In this document: piece after piece, positions 12,179 to 24,591 of the stretch | How positions within the stretch are numbered: position 1 is the first letter of the stretch | How the letters are laid out: every line of letters starts with the position of its first letter | From: Neodothiora populina | Lineage: Eukaryota | DNA length: 64,000 nucleotides | Direction: 5' to 3' | Assembly: GCF_041146345.1 (NCBI RefSeq) | Contig: NW_027191404.1 | Span: 1,860,001 to 1,924,000 of the forward strand | Program-made: the position numbers and the translations under genes | Notes under the pieces: model-generated | Told to the model about the DNA's origin: nothing | What the model saw: the letters and a program-made list of their open reading frames with translations, nothing else | The model's database searches: none

Positions 12179-13646
12179 ATGGAACCAGACGCAGGACCGG
12201 ACAAGTCACCCCCTAGCCTGCCAACAGGATGGTACGCCTCCTTGAAACCACTCCCCAAAATTATACTTATTCAGCGGCTTGGCATTGACGCATCGGATTC
12301 AGGATAGCACAGTGGGATGCAAGGTATGACGATGCCTCTTGTCACCACAAACGGCCCGTCAAGGTTCCAACTGACCAACATCTCTCTCCTCAAGTTCACG
12401 TAAATACTACTTTGTCCAGATCAGCACCGGAGTGTCAACTTGGGAAACCCCTACAGAGCCAGCACCCACAGTCCCAACCCCGGGAAGTACACCAGCACAG
12501 CCTCAAGGACCTTTTGCGACGCCAATGTCGGGCAATCACAACCAAGACGAGGGCACGAGAGGCATGAACGGTGATGGTCAGGAAGGCGAGCGTGGACTCG
12601 GTGTAAGCTTATTCTCTGAGAGTTGTCTGTTGTGGACAGAGAGCGGCTAACAAACGCGATGCAGAGCATGGCCCTGAACGCCATGATGAGCGGCAACAAG
12701 CCCCAACAGCAAGGTCATCAATCCGGACTTGCTGGCCTGGCCTCGAGTTTCCTCGGCGGCGGTTCCAGCCATGGCAACAGCTCGGGTTCACACAACAGCA
12801 GCGGTGGCGGCGGCGGCGGCGGTGGCGGTCTTGTCGGCCAGCTCGCCGGTAGCCTCCTGGGGGGAGGATCACACAACAAGCCGCAACACCAGCAGCAATC
12901 GACAACCTCCTCGTCCGGCTCTGGTGGCCTGGGTGGCATGGTCGGCAGTCTTTTGGGCGGCGGACACGGCTCGGTCAGTCAAAAAGCAAAAATGGCGAAC
13001 GTCAACGTCTAGCGGCCACTCGAGCTAACACATGCTATAGCAGGGCCAGCACCAGCAATCAGGATATGGCTACAGCTCTAACGGCGGACAGAGTCAGGGA
13101 GGCACCTACACGGGACAGCCACCCCCATCGTCTTATTCCGGAGCGCAAGCTCAACACTCGTCAACACACACGGCACACTCGACGCCTAGCTCGTACGGTC
13201 CATCAAGCGGTGCTTATAACCCTCAGTATGGCGCGCACCAGCAACCAAGCCCTTCATACGGTTCCACACCGGCGGGGGGATACGGCGGTCAGTCGACCCA
13301 TACACCAGGCGGATACGGCCAACACGACCAATACTCCCAGCATCAACACAACCAGTACGGCAGCCCTTCACACGCACCCGTGCAAGACCAGTACAGCCAA
13401 AACCAGCACGGGGCCTATCCCGGTGGTCAGGGACCCCCAAGTGGTCACGCAGGAGGTTATGGTCAATACCCTTCACCACCTGGCATGGGCGCGCATGGCG
13501 GCTCGCAATACGGACAACCTCCATCATTCGGCGGTCCCCCACAAGACCAATACAATCAGCACCAACACAATCAATATGGTGGAGCATCGCATCACGGCGC
13601 AGGCGGTGGCGGTGGCTACAATGGACCTCCTCCGGCATGGCGCTGA
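12179..13646 (+). CDS. WW-domain protein with Gly/Gln/Ser/Tyr/Pro-rich low-complexity tail (Wwm1-like; 5 exons)
   Basis: Spliced WW domain LPTGWIAQWDASSRKYYFVQISTGVSTWETP, including a 21-nt micro-exon at 12303-12323. G/Q/Y/P-rich tail ends PPPAWR. Confidence 0.8.
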
Positions 13647-14269
13647 GCGCGTTGGTCTGAATACAGACGTGGCACGAGAAATCCGAATAGAACGTGGATG
13701 GGAACTGCGGTTGCAGGGCGGGGTTCATATGTTATCTACTCTTATTGCATATAGCGCGCGTGTGGATTGAATGCAGCACCTGGTCAGGATACCTTATGCA
13801 CTTGCAGTTTGTAACTTCTAAACTCGAGCCTTTTTTCCCCTGTGATTCTCGGTATGTATCGCAGATATACACCTCTACCTTCTTTATCGCATACATTCCT
13901 GATCAAGTGTCTCACTTCAGAGACCAGGACAGTTAGCTTGAAGGATGGTCGAGCAGCAGACCAAGTCACGTGCGAGATTTTGCCAAGGCGGTGTAGGTGA
14001 CCCTGAGCCAACTGGGCGGGCCCCCGTCGTCACCTGCGGACTGCACCTGAGGAACCACGTTGAAAGACAACACGCTGATATCCAATCCACCCATTTCTGT
14101 CCATCGCTGCTGGCTTCTTATCTCTGCCCAGTGATTCCGCCTCTTCATCTCGTCTCTTCTTCACAATCTCTGCCCTTCCTCTGATCATCGTCGAGTAACA
14201 GAAGCTCTCTGCAACCTTCGATACCGCTCCAATACACAATCGGCGCAGGTCGACCTTCACATATCCAAG

Positions 14270-15227
14270 ATGAACCCAGAGTAGTATGTGCATCGATAAT
14301 GCATTGTGCACGAGGAGCCGTTGTCGATAGCAGTGCTGACAGGGACCTTTGCAGAGTCATACATGTCTACACGGGACACTTTTTCCCATTACAAGGACCC
14401 CTATACAAGTCGGAATGATGAAACTCACACAACATGCCTGTTATACAGATACGACTACCTCTTCAAGCTGTTGCTGATCGGTGACTCCGGTGTCGGGAAG
14501 TCATGTCTTTTGCTGCGATTCGCCGATGACACCTACACTGAATCTTACATTTCCACCATTGGTGTCGACTTTGTAGGTCCATTCGCCTTCTTATCCGGCC
14601 AATCAGGCACCAGCCGCGCTGACACAGATCTCCCTAGAAAATCAGAACTATCGAGCTCGACGGTAAGACGGTGAAGCTTCAAATTGTAAGTCGTTGGCAT
14701 GATTGTTGTTTCACGGATCATGGCTGATTCGGGTGTCGTCGTGAAAAAAAATAGTGGGATACCGCCGGACAAGAGCGCTTCCGTACCATCACCTCATCCT
14801 ACTACCGTGGAGCTCACGGCATCTGCGTCGTCTACGATGTCACCGATATGGACAGTTTCAACAATGTCAAGCAGTGGCTGCAGGAAATTGACCGCTACGC
14901 AACCGAGGGCGTCAACAAGCTTCTGGTCGGCAACAAGAGCGATATGACGGACAAGAAGGTCGTCGAGTACACTGTGGCGAAGGTATCTGGGTCTCGCGTG
15001 CTAGCTGTGATACATTCGACTGACAAACACAGGAATTCGCCGATTCCCTCGGCATTCCATTCCTCGAGACCTCGGCCAAGAACGCCTCCAATGTCGAGCA
15101 AGCTTTCTTGACCATGGCCCGCCAAATCAAGGAGCGCATGGGCAACACCACTGTCAACAACAAACCCACCGTCAACGTAGGACAGGGACAGAGCGTCAAC
15201 CAGGGCAGCGCAGGCGGCTGCTGTTAA
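14270..15227 (+). CDS. YPT1: Rab1/Ypt1 small GTPase
   Basis: [38 protein letters not shown] and C-terminal GGCC prenylation motif. The first intron is complex (see findings). Confidence 0.97.
14281..14448 (+). other. Spliceosomal twin intron (stwintron, D3,4 type) in ypt1
   Basis: GTA|GTATGT..GCTGAC..GCAG|AGT. Removing 14284-14354 creates GTAAGT; the outer intron has ACTCAC..TACAG (14448). Confidence 0.8.
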
Positions 15228-16489
15228 GAGACAAGAGAGAGAAAGAGATTGAGCGCGCTGCAACGCAAAACCACAAGAGATTCCCCCTAATCAACCAACC
15301 AACCGACCCCCTTCCGTTCCGAGCCTTGTTTTTTTTCCTCCTCCCAACCTCTTTGGCTCCTTTTATTTCCCGTTTTCTGGTCCTTTTTCCATTTCCTTTT
15401 CATTCCGACTCTTTATAGCAGAAAGGCGGGTTAATGATGCGAAATCCGTTTGTTTTTGCTCGCATGGATTGGAGACGAAAACGCCACTTCATAAGGGGAG
15501 GTTTTTGTTGTCCATTCGACTACTCTATGCATGCATGGCAAACGTGTTGTTGAGAAATCCAATGGGCTGGGGGGGTTTTTGGTGGCAAAGAGAGACGAGA
15601 GAGAAACCGAACCGAACCGAACCCTTAGTCCATTCCGAAGACCAAATGAAATTCTGCATCTTCCTCCACATTTGATCGATATATGAATTTGATCTATGTA
15701 TGTTTGGTGTTGGCGCTCATAGCCAAGTTCTTGCTCCCGTGGCCTTGAATCTTGCCTTGCTTTACATTACTTCACCTTGGCCTGCTTTGCAGTACCCTGC
15801 CTTGCCCTGCCTACTCTATCCATGAACATAGATATGTACACGAGTACGGATACACGCGTATCGATCGACTCCTTCAAAGTCAAGGAAAGACGAGTGTCTT
15901 CTATCCTGCTCTGAGAGCCACTCATGCTCTCGGTACACGTGCTCTGAGAGACCAGATAGAAGGCAGAAAATAATCAAAGAACAAAGCGTCGAGGAACTTG
16001 GCAGAGTTGTGAACACTGCAATTATGATCCGAGTTCGATCTTTGATTGAGACTTTTGCTGGATTTCATGTTATGTTATCGATTGCATGGTACCTTTGATG
16101 TTTGTTCCGTTGTTGTGGAATACTCGGTTGGAGAAAAATAGGCAGAAAAAAAAAGAAGAAAAAAGAGAAGCGTGGTCGTCATGGCTGTTGAAAAGTGGTA
16201 TAATGCCATGCTGCTGCCTGCTCATGCTTCTTCATAGTACTCCTGCCCCCATGCTGATGCGCCTGCTCGTTCTTATATATATCCCATCCGTGGTTTGAAC
16301 AAAAATCAGAAGACGCCCGATCGATGCAACCGTTTCCCCCTTCGCATAACGCCCTGTCCATATCCCATACCCATTGTCCATTGCCATTACGCCGTCGCCG
16401 TCCCAAATGCAAAGCTCCACAACCCGAGATGACTACCTAAGCTCATCGGATTGCAAACCGTTAGTAATGGTCCTTTCTCCTTGTCTCCC

Positions 16490-17994
16490 TCATACAGCCA
16501 GATCTTCGTCGAACAGAGGCTCTGCTTCTTCATCGTCTTCTGATTCGCGCACCTCCCAACACAGCAGTTTCCAGTTCAGCTCTGGACGCCAAAACAGCCC
16601 GTAGCCGAGTCCGTCGTCAGCCACCATGGCACCGGTCTTGGGCATGCGCTGACCGAAAATGCAACGGGCGAAGCGCGAGTGGAGAATGGCCATGGAACAC
16701 ATCATGCACGGCTCGTGTGTAAGGTAAACCTCTAGTTCGACACAGAGGTAGCCATTTGCAACGATGTTGTCTTGCTCAAAGGCATTGCTCTCGAGTGGAG
16801 TCAGAGGATAGTCTAGTAGTGCCTCGGGGACACTCTTGGGCGCATCTGGTGCAGGCGCTTTCGCAGGCTTGTTCAGGTCCAGAGCAGCCATATTATCGTC
16901 CAGCTCTTCGGGCTTCTTGGCCGCGATTCGGACTCGCTTGCGGGCGACCATTCCGATTGCACGCATGACGGCGTGAGACATGACATTCGGATGGACATAA
17001 TCGGCGCCGTTTGGTGCTTTATACCTGGCATCTCCAGCCACAGCGACGATTTCGGGCGCCTTGCCGGCAGGGCGCTCAATAATTATACATCCCATCTGTT
17101 CTCCGCATCCTATGGCTTTGGTCTCGGCAGCAACTCGCTTAGCAAGACCCATAGCACGAGGGATATTATCGCTGGCTTTGAGCTCTTCTTCGGCTTTACT
17201 GACAATCGAAGGATGAGGTCCGAAAGGATTGGTCTTGCGATACATGGTGGGCCAGTATTTCTGAGACCAGAGTTCCGACTGCTCGGGAGAAGTAGGCGCC
17301 AGCAAGGGAACTTCGACCTCCCTCAGGACGAGAGGATAGGTAGCCTCCCAGAACGGAGAGACTTCTTCCAGCAGTTTGCTCAGCTGAGGTTTGTCGATGA
17401 ATCGTGTAGGACAGATGAGCATGTGAAGCGTCGCGGGTCCACTATTCCTGCGACGGCGGTTTGATCTCGACCTTGAAGACGCCGTTGTCTGGGGAGCGTC
17501 GCCATTGTTTCCTCCAGTACTTGGACTTCGAGACTGGGAGCGTTCTGGAAGCAGATGGGCAGGCAGAAAGCGAGCCTTTGCAAAGCGACGAAGATGCTGG
17601 AGGTCAATTGAGTCCTGGTCCTTGATGTTCTCCTTGAGGAAACTGCGCATCACGTGTTAGCGAACCTGCATTTCACCTCTCGATTTAATGTTCCATCTTC
17701 TCTGCATCTTGTTGGTAGCGATACGAAATCCACATTGCGCCAGAAAGATGAAGTGGAAAAGAAGAAGACCGATCAATCCAGAGATACATACTTCAGCGCA
17801 TGGTTGGCCGCCTTCGCTGGGAGTTCGAGCGTCCACACTTGGATAGTATCCGTTTGCGCACGATTCTCTGCCCTCGTCTTCAGATGGAGTAAGCCCGCGG
17901 GCGGCATCGTTGCATGGGATGGATGATTGTCATGGGGTGATGGGACCGAAGTCTTCTCACCCCGAGGAGAACGAGATCTGCCTCTGCTTTCCAT
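16490..17994 (-). CDS. TAD3: tRNA-specific adenosine-34 deaminase non-catalytic subunit Tad3 (1 intron, ~17643-17790)
   Basis: DLQHLRRF, WSQKYWP, HAVMRAI (Val in place of the catalytic Glu), YLC..L.VYLTHEPCMMCSMAILHSRF and LNW. Confidence 0.9.
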
Positions 17995-18263
17995 TATTGC
18001 ATGCTTTGGTCTCGCAGAAGGAAGTTGCTCGGTCGGTCTCTGTGTTGCGACTTCCCCAAGTAAAGAAACAACGATGATGCATCCGTCAGGTACAAATGTT
18101 TACATCAAAAAAGTTATAATTATGCACAATTTACCGTCTGCCTGCTTTAACCCCACGTTCCGGCGCGCATAAGTCCCTTGGCGTGCATCAAGCGCGTAGC
18201 ATCGCATTCGCCAGGACCCTGACATTCGTTTTGTATATCAACAATGTCCTCTTCGCGATCGCA

Positions 18264-19727
18264 ATGGGTTTACCAGTTTCTGCGATTGGCAGCTCAATGA
18301 ACCTTGGCGAGAAATGGCCCTGTAGAGACTCTCAGATCCGTCGAGTATCGGCTCTGCTTTCTGTATGTTGAATTCCTGTCTTGCAATAAAGGCTACGGAC
18401 TGATCAGACCAAGCCCACTTTGCCCAGTCCTCCGACTGTAGTCTGCCATGGCCCAGAAGCTACCGGCAAGACTGGTTTGTTGAGTGCATATCTTCAAGGC
18501 TCGGGTATAAAACATGCACGCATCTCGTGTGTGGAGTGCATCACTGGTCGTTATCTTCTCGAACGCACTCTGGCAGCATGTAGCGATGCTGTTCATTCGT
18601 CCCAAGATGCAAATTCAGAAAGCACGGTGCCAACGAAATGTGAAAGTATAAGCTCGCTGGCGAGCGCTTTGGAGCAGCTGTTCGACGGTCTAGATAAATT
18701 CGTCCTTGTTCTAGATGGCATCGACGAGCAGAGGGAGGCCCCTCCTACCATGCTACCTGCCTTGACTCGTCTGGGCATGATGATACCGGCACTCACAATT
18801 GTCCTGGTAGTCACACATCCACATCCGCGACTTCTGCATTCTCCTGGGCTGCCTCACGTGTACTTTTCGTCCTACAATCGAGAGGAGTCTGTGCAGATTC
18901 TTGCTATTGAGCCACGCAAGATCTTCCTGGAACCTCCGTCCATGGAGAGGTATACAGAGGAGCAGCAAGCAGAAGACGATGTCTGGGTCTGGACGCGTTT
19001 CTGTGCTGCCGTATGGGACTCACTCGCCGGTGGAGCGGCTCGAGATCTCGTGAGCTTCAGATCAATTGCAGACAAGCTATGGCGACCTTTTGTGCAGCCC
19101 ATTGTCGATGGCAACTACGGTACCAGAGACTTCAGTAAGCTGCTAGTCTCGCAACGGAGGCTCTTCCAAAGCGAGAACGTACTGCTCGACAATGTCATTG
19201 AAGACTCGGTCGACGATGATGCAACCATTCAGGACGGTATGTTGACTATAGTTCTGACAAAAAAATGCTTGCCACTGACACACTTAGCTACACATGAACT
19301 ACCACTGTGCTCAAAATGGCTTCTTTGCGCCGCCTATTTGGCTTCGTTCAATCCTGCCCGTCAGGACCCCGTTCACTTTATGAAGATGAGTGAACGGAAA
19401 CGAAGAAAGAGGGGCGGCGGTACGGCTGTGCGAAGGGAAAGCAAAGCAAGGAAAATCCCTCGTCACTTGTTGTCAGCCACTCCCTTCCCAATCGACCGTC
19501 TGTTTGCGATTCTACATGCAATATTACCGCACGACCTTATACCGACTATCGATGTCTACACTCAACTTGCCACTCTGAACTCGCTGCGATTACTTCTCCG
19601 GACTGCAATCATCGGCGGCAATATACTTGAACCGGGAGGCAAGTGGAAGGTCAACTTCGGGCGTGATTATGTGGTGAAGCTGGCTAGGGATGTTGGACTA
19701 GATCTTCTGGATTACGAGGCTGAGTAG
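18264..19727 (+). CDS. ORC5: Origin recognition complex subunit 5
   Basis: WPCRDSQI, Walker A GPEATGKT, VLVLDGID, LLCAAYLASFNPARQD..F and PFPIDRLFAI. Introns at ~18363-18413 and 19237-19287. Confidence 0.92.
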
Positions 19728-20360
19728 AGCACCTCGAGCCCTTGATAGATAGAGCATGGCTTATGAACATTAATATTATGAACGATCAACGCAAGCAATC
19801 AAACGGAGAAACATCAGGAGTATTGACCAGACCCAATGGACAGGGTCACTATGCAAGCGTCGCGAGATATGACGTGCGACGGATAAGGGTAACAGAACAC
19901 ATCCGAAAGCCACCTTGATGAAGCTGTTGGTGCACAAGCTCCAGCTGCACAGGTGGAACGAATGCATGCTCTCCTCACAAGCCATGCTCGTATGACAGAA
20001 GTGAATCTCGATACCTGACAAGCATCAAGTCACCTAGTAACACGGAAGATCTGTGAATGCTCCAATTGCGAGCTGTGAAATTGAGAAGATGTGCTCGTAT
20101 TGGCCCGACAGAGAAACATCACTAAGCACACAATGCAGCTGTGCCCCGCCAATCCTGCCGTATCGTGACCATCAATTTGCACTACAGAGTGGTCCATGGT
20201 CCCGCTTCTCGAACCCCCACCTTTGTGTTTGTCATCAGTGAAAAGAACACCCTTGCCTTGTCAAGTCTTGTTCTTGTTCTCCTGTCACAGAAAGTTCCTT
20301 GAGCTTTCATCCTAGATATCACATTTATCGAATAGTCGAACAAAGCAAAAGAAAGCAATC

Positions 20361-21611
20361 ATGGCAAACATCCACACCCCGATTCCCAACCTCAAGCTGA
20401 GAGATGGCAACTCGATTCCTATGGTACGGAGTCACTTATGCTGCCAATTCATACCCGAGACCTACCTATGCAAGGCTCTTCTGGATAGTCAGTGACTGAC
20501 AAGTAATCAATGTGAAACAGCTGGGTTACGGTACCGGCACCGCATGGTACAAGACTGGCGACGAGAGCCAGATCGACCAAACATGCATTGACGCCACCAA
20601 GATGGCCGTGGGACTCGGCTACCACCTCCTCGATGGAGCAGAGGTGTACAAGACCGAGCCCGAGCTAGGCACTGCTATCAAGTACGAACCCTCTTCCGGA
20701 TTGGGATGTTTAATGTTGTTGCAAGGGATCTCGGACTGACTTGTCATAGGGAGTGCGGCGTCGATCGCTCGAAGCTGTTCGTCACTACCAAAGTCATGCT
20801 CAACATGAGTGATATCAAAGGGTCGTTGCAGTCGAGCTTGAAGAAGCTACAGCTCGACTATGTCGATCTGTGAGTTCCATTAATCCTTCGTCTCCCTGAT
20901 CAAGCAACAGCAACAACCGCTGCAGCAGCCATATATATCCGCACATGTACAAGACTAACCAAACACCACCTAAAAGCTACCTGATCCACTCCCCATTCTT
21001 CGCCACGACCCCAGCCGAGCACCAAAAGGCATGGAAGGAAATGGAAGAGATCAAAGCCGCGGGTCTGGCCAAGTCGATCGGCGTGTCCAACTACCTGCCC
21101 GAAGACCTCAAGTCGATTCTCGCCACGGCACAGGACCCGCCAGCGATCAACCAGATCGAGTTCCACGCCTACCTACAGCATCCCGACTTGCTCAAGTTCC
21201 ACAAGGAGAACGTAAGTGGTTCCCTGTCCATACTAACAGCTGAACCCCAACATCAAAAGAAAGAAAAGAAAAGAATACTGACGATGAACAAACACGCAGA
21301 ACATCGCAACTCAAGCCTACTCGCCCCTGACACCCATAACCAAGGGCTCGCCCGGCCCCGTCGACGACTACCTCGCCGCGCTGAGCAAGAAGTATGCCGT
21401 GAGCCCCGGCGAGATCCTGCTGCGCTGGTGCGTGGACCAGGACGTGGCCGTCGTGACGACAAGCAGCAAGGAGCAGCGTCTGAGCGACTACCTGCGCGCC
21501 ATGACGTTCAAGCTGACGCCCAAGGAAATCAGCGAGATCAACGAGCTGGGCTCGCAGAAGCATTATCGCCAGTACTGGACTGACAAGTATGATGCTAGCG
21601 ATAGACGCTAG
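20361..21611 (+). CDS. Aldo-keto reductase (5 exons)
   Basis: [41 protein letters not shown] and NQIEFH. Confidence 0.93.
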
Positions 21612-21826
21612 ATTGTTCTTTTCTTCATATGCGAGAAGAGAAAGGAGAGAGTTGGGGGAATGTAAAAGCCAGACCTACTCTTTTGCTAGGGTACGAAGTC
21701 AAAATGAAACACATATTACTTGGCTCCTGGTCAAGACAAGACATACATATGAATCGTCAACAAAGGGTGATGAAACGCAACCTCGAACATAAGCTGTATA
21801 TTCTGATTCTCTTCTTTCCTCTGCTT

Positions 21827-21919
<93 letters not shown>
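21827..21919. repeat. (CT/AG)n microsatellite, ~90 bp, between convergent 3' ends
   Basis: Read directly from the sequence; one interruption (TA) near 21848. Confidence 0.97.
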
Positions 21920-21920
<1 letters not shown>

Positions 21921-22057
21921 AAAAGGGGTCATCATGAGGACGTTATATATAAGCTCCCAGCATGCCGCTGCGCCTTAGTATCAATCAAAGATAACAAAAA
22001 CAAAGCGAGACAAAAAGTAAAGCACACAAACGCCTGACCTGAACCCCCCTTGGCCCT

Positions 22058-23430
22058 TTAATGCTTAGCGGTGACCTTCTCGCCAGTGGCCTTCTCGACC
22101 CACTCCTTGGCGATGTCACCGAGGGCAACCATGCAGACCGTCTGCCAAACCCCCAACCCAATGCGGGGAGTGACACCCCTGTAAAGACCCTTGACTCCGT
22201 TGTTTTGATAAATGTACTTGAAAGCCGAGCTCACAGTCATGTTCTTGGGACGGTTGGGGTCGACCGTCTTGCTCTGCATCTCGACGCGAACGACCTCGAT
22301 GGGCTGGTTCCAAGCAGACAGTCCACCACCGAGAGCAGATGCTGTGATCTTCTCCACGACGCTGAGGCTCTCGCCGTGCTCCTTGTTGGTCATCCTACGG
22401 ATGCCAGTCTCGGCGACACGGGAGAGACCGAAGCGGGAACCCCAGTTGGTGACCTGACGGACAGCAACGGCGTTGACACCCTTGTTGATGCCACGGATGC
22501 CCTCCTTGCGGTAGATGTCCATGAAGGTCGCCATGGTGCCTGGAGGCTTGATCCCCGCTGCCGCCACCTTGTGTTTGGTGATCTCGACCGTCTTCATGCA
22601 GGTGCAGAAGCCCATCGTCGCGTAAGCCTGGGCGAGGCCGCCGACCATACCGCCAGTGATTCCACTGACGAAGTTGGGTGCGCCAGCCGCGCGGGCGTAG
22701 AACTCGGCTTCGGATGCGACGAAGAGGAGAACGGCTCCCTTGGTGGAGGCTTCGATCCAAGCCCAGGGGATGAGACCTTGGTAGACTGCGTAGATTGCTA
22801 AAGTCAGTTCCAGGGCACTTCACAGGCGGCTCATGCTCTCGCTCGTCGAGGTCGAGACACGGGATATACGGTAGAAGTTACTTACAGCCAAGGGCACCAC
22901 CACGACCCCAAATGCGGGAGATGGCACCAGCCATACCGTCGCTACGGTTGGCTGCCATGGTCGTTTTGACGACCTCAAGAGGCTACGTTACACGGTCAGT
23001 ACAACTGCGAAAGTGGCTTTGCAACAGAGACAATCATGAGATGTTGCTTACCTGACCAAGAGTAGTGACCTCGAACAAGTTCAAGCCAGCGCCCACTGTG
23101 AAGCTCGAGTCAGCAAACGTAGCCACTATAGTATTCATGCGCCAAAGAGGACCACTGTGTCTCTGAAGTGATCCCGCTCGTATAATTGAGCGCGTGACCG
23201 TACATGTTCTCTCCTTTTGACACGCAACTACCGTGCTTGTCGCGTGCCTTCCCCATTGTGTGGGAGCGACGCACGCATACAAGTTTCTCCCTATCTTTCT
23301 ACCCTCGCTATATGCCAGAAACAAACAGAAGACGCTTACACAAAAGGTTGCTGAACTTGACAGGCTTCTTCTCGAGCTTAGGGGGACTCGCGGTTCCAGC
23401 CATAGCGGCGGCAGGCGTGGTGGTGCTCAT
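22058..23430 (-). CDS. YHM2: Mitochondrial citrate/2-oxoglutarate carrier Yhm2 (YhmA), 4 exons
   Basis: [61 protein letters not shown] and NQPIEVVRVEMQ. Confidence 0.93.
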
Positions 23431-24591
23431 GCTTCTTACAGTGGTGGTAACGGGGAAAAGGCCTGACCAAGGCAATAGGGCGCTTCTTCGCTGGGGATAG
23501 AAGGCAAGGAAGGCTCTCGAGGGAGTTGTACTAACAGTGTTGGGAGAGAGAGAAGAGAGAAGGGGGAAAGATGGTTGGAAGGATTCTTGTAGAGAAGCAG
23601 GGGAAACCAGCTGGTCAGTAATAAATGGTAAGAGGTAAATGGCTAAACGCGAGGGTAGGGTGCAGTTAGGGTGAGCTCGGAGGCCGTTGAGCACGGCTGC
23701 GTTTGCTGAGAGCTTTCCCCGGACAATTGAATTGTAGGTTCATTTCCATGTTTTTTTGTTGGATTCCTACCGTACCTCTTTAATTACGTGTCTAGGTTGT
23801 CCTTGTACAGTACATGGATCTTCATAGTTCAGTCATTGAATGTCCGAAGACCTCGAGTGTATAATTAGACACGTGTAGCAAAGTCTGAAAGGCATACAGT
23901 GAGGAATGGAAGGGACAGATCGAATGACAACATTCACGGTTACGGCAGGAGCTCATTGCTACCACCAAACAGTCGTTCCCTCGGACTTCCCACCCGAGTC
24001 ATTCAATATCCGATCGGACTCGTGCTGACCACACATCTTACCCGTATCGGGGAAATAAGAGTCTAGTCTCTTTCTCGCCGACTCTGACCCTGAGGCACAA
24101 TAAAGTGGTACAGTAAAGTGCCTACTGCACATCACTGTAATGTCAGCTCAGCAAGGTAAGGGTATTGCGAACGGACCGTGCATACACACAAGAAGCCGAC
24201 CGAGGGAACGTCCGAGAACTGGGGGCTTTTGTTGTCCAAAATTGGAGAACAGCGAACCATCATCTCGTTGGGGATCCGACGTCTTGTATGACCTGCCACA
24301 CTTCCGGCAGACCAAGTCCTCATCTGCATAATTTCTGAAACCGGGTAAGGCTGGTTACCTGCCTTAGGCAACCGCGGGCGCTCGACTTCTAGTAGGACCA
24401 TAATTCACTCTCATCAAAACATCACAAATGCACAAGACACAGTAACCGCGAATTTTCAGGTGAAGAGTCTCGTAACATTGATCACTCCCAAGCCTGGGGC
24501 ATGGTATTGCAAAAACGACGCCGCTGCCCTTAATGTACAAATGAAGAGCCCCCCGAATCCTGCGCCTCTACACATTTTAACATCGACTGAT

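Noticed and set aside
13066..13770. 234-aa ORF
   Set aside because: Alternative frame of the WW protein's last exon; splicing selects the frame ending at 13646.
14413..14448. Box C-like ATGATGA in the ypt1 outer intron
   Set aside because: No box D (CTGA) downstream within the intron and too little space for a C/D snoRNA.
22061..22801. 246-aa plus-strand ORF
   Set aside because: Antisense shadow of codon-biased yhm2.
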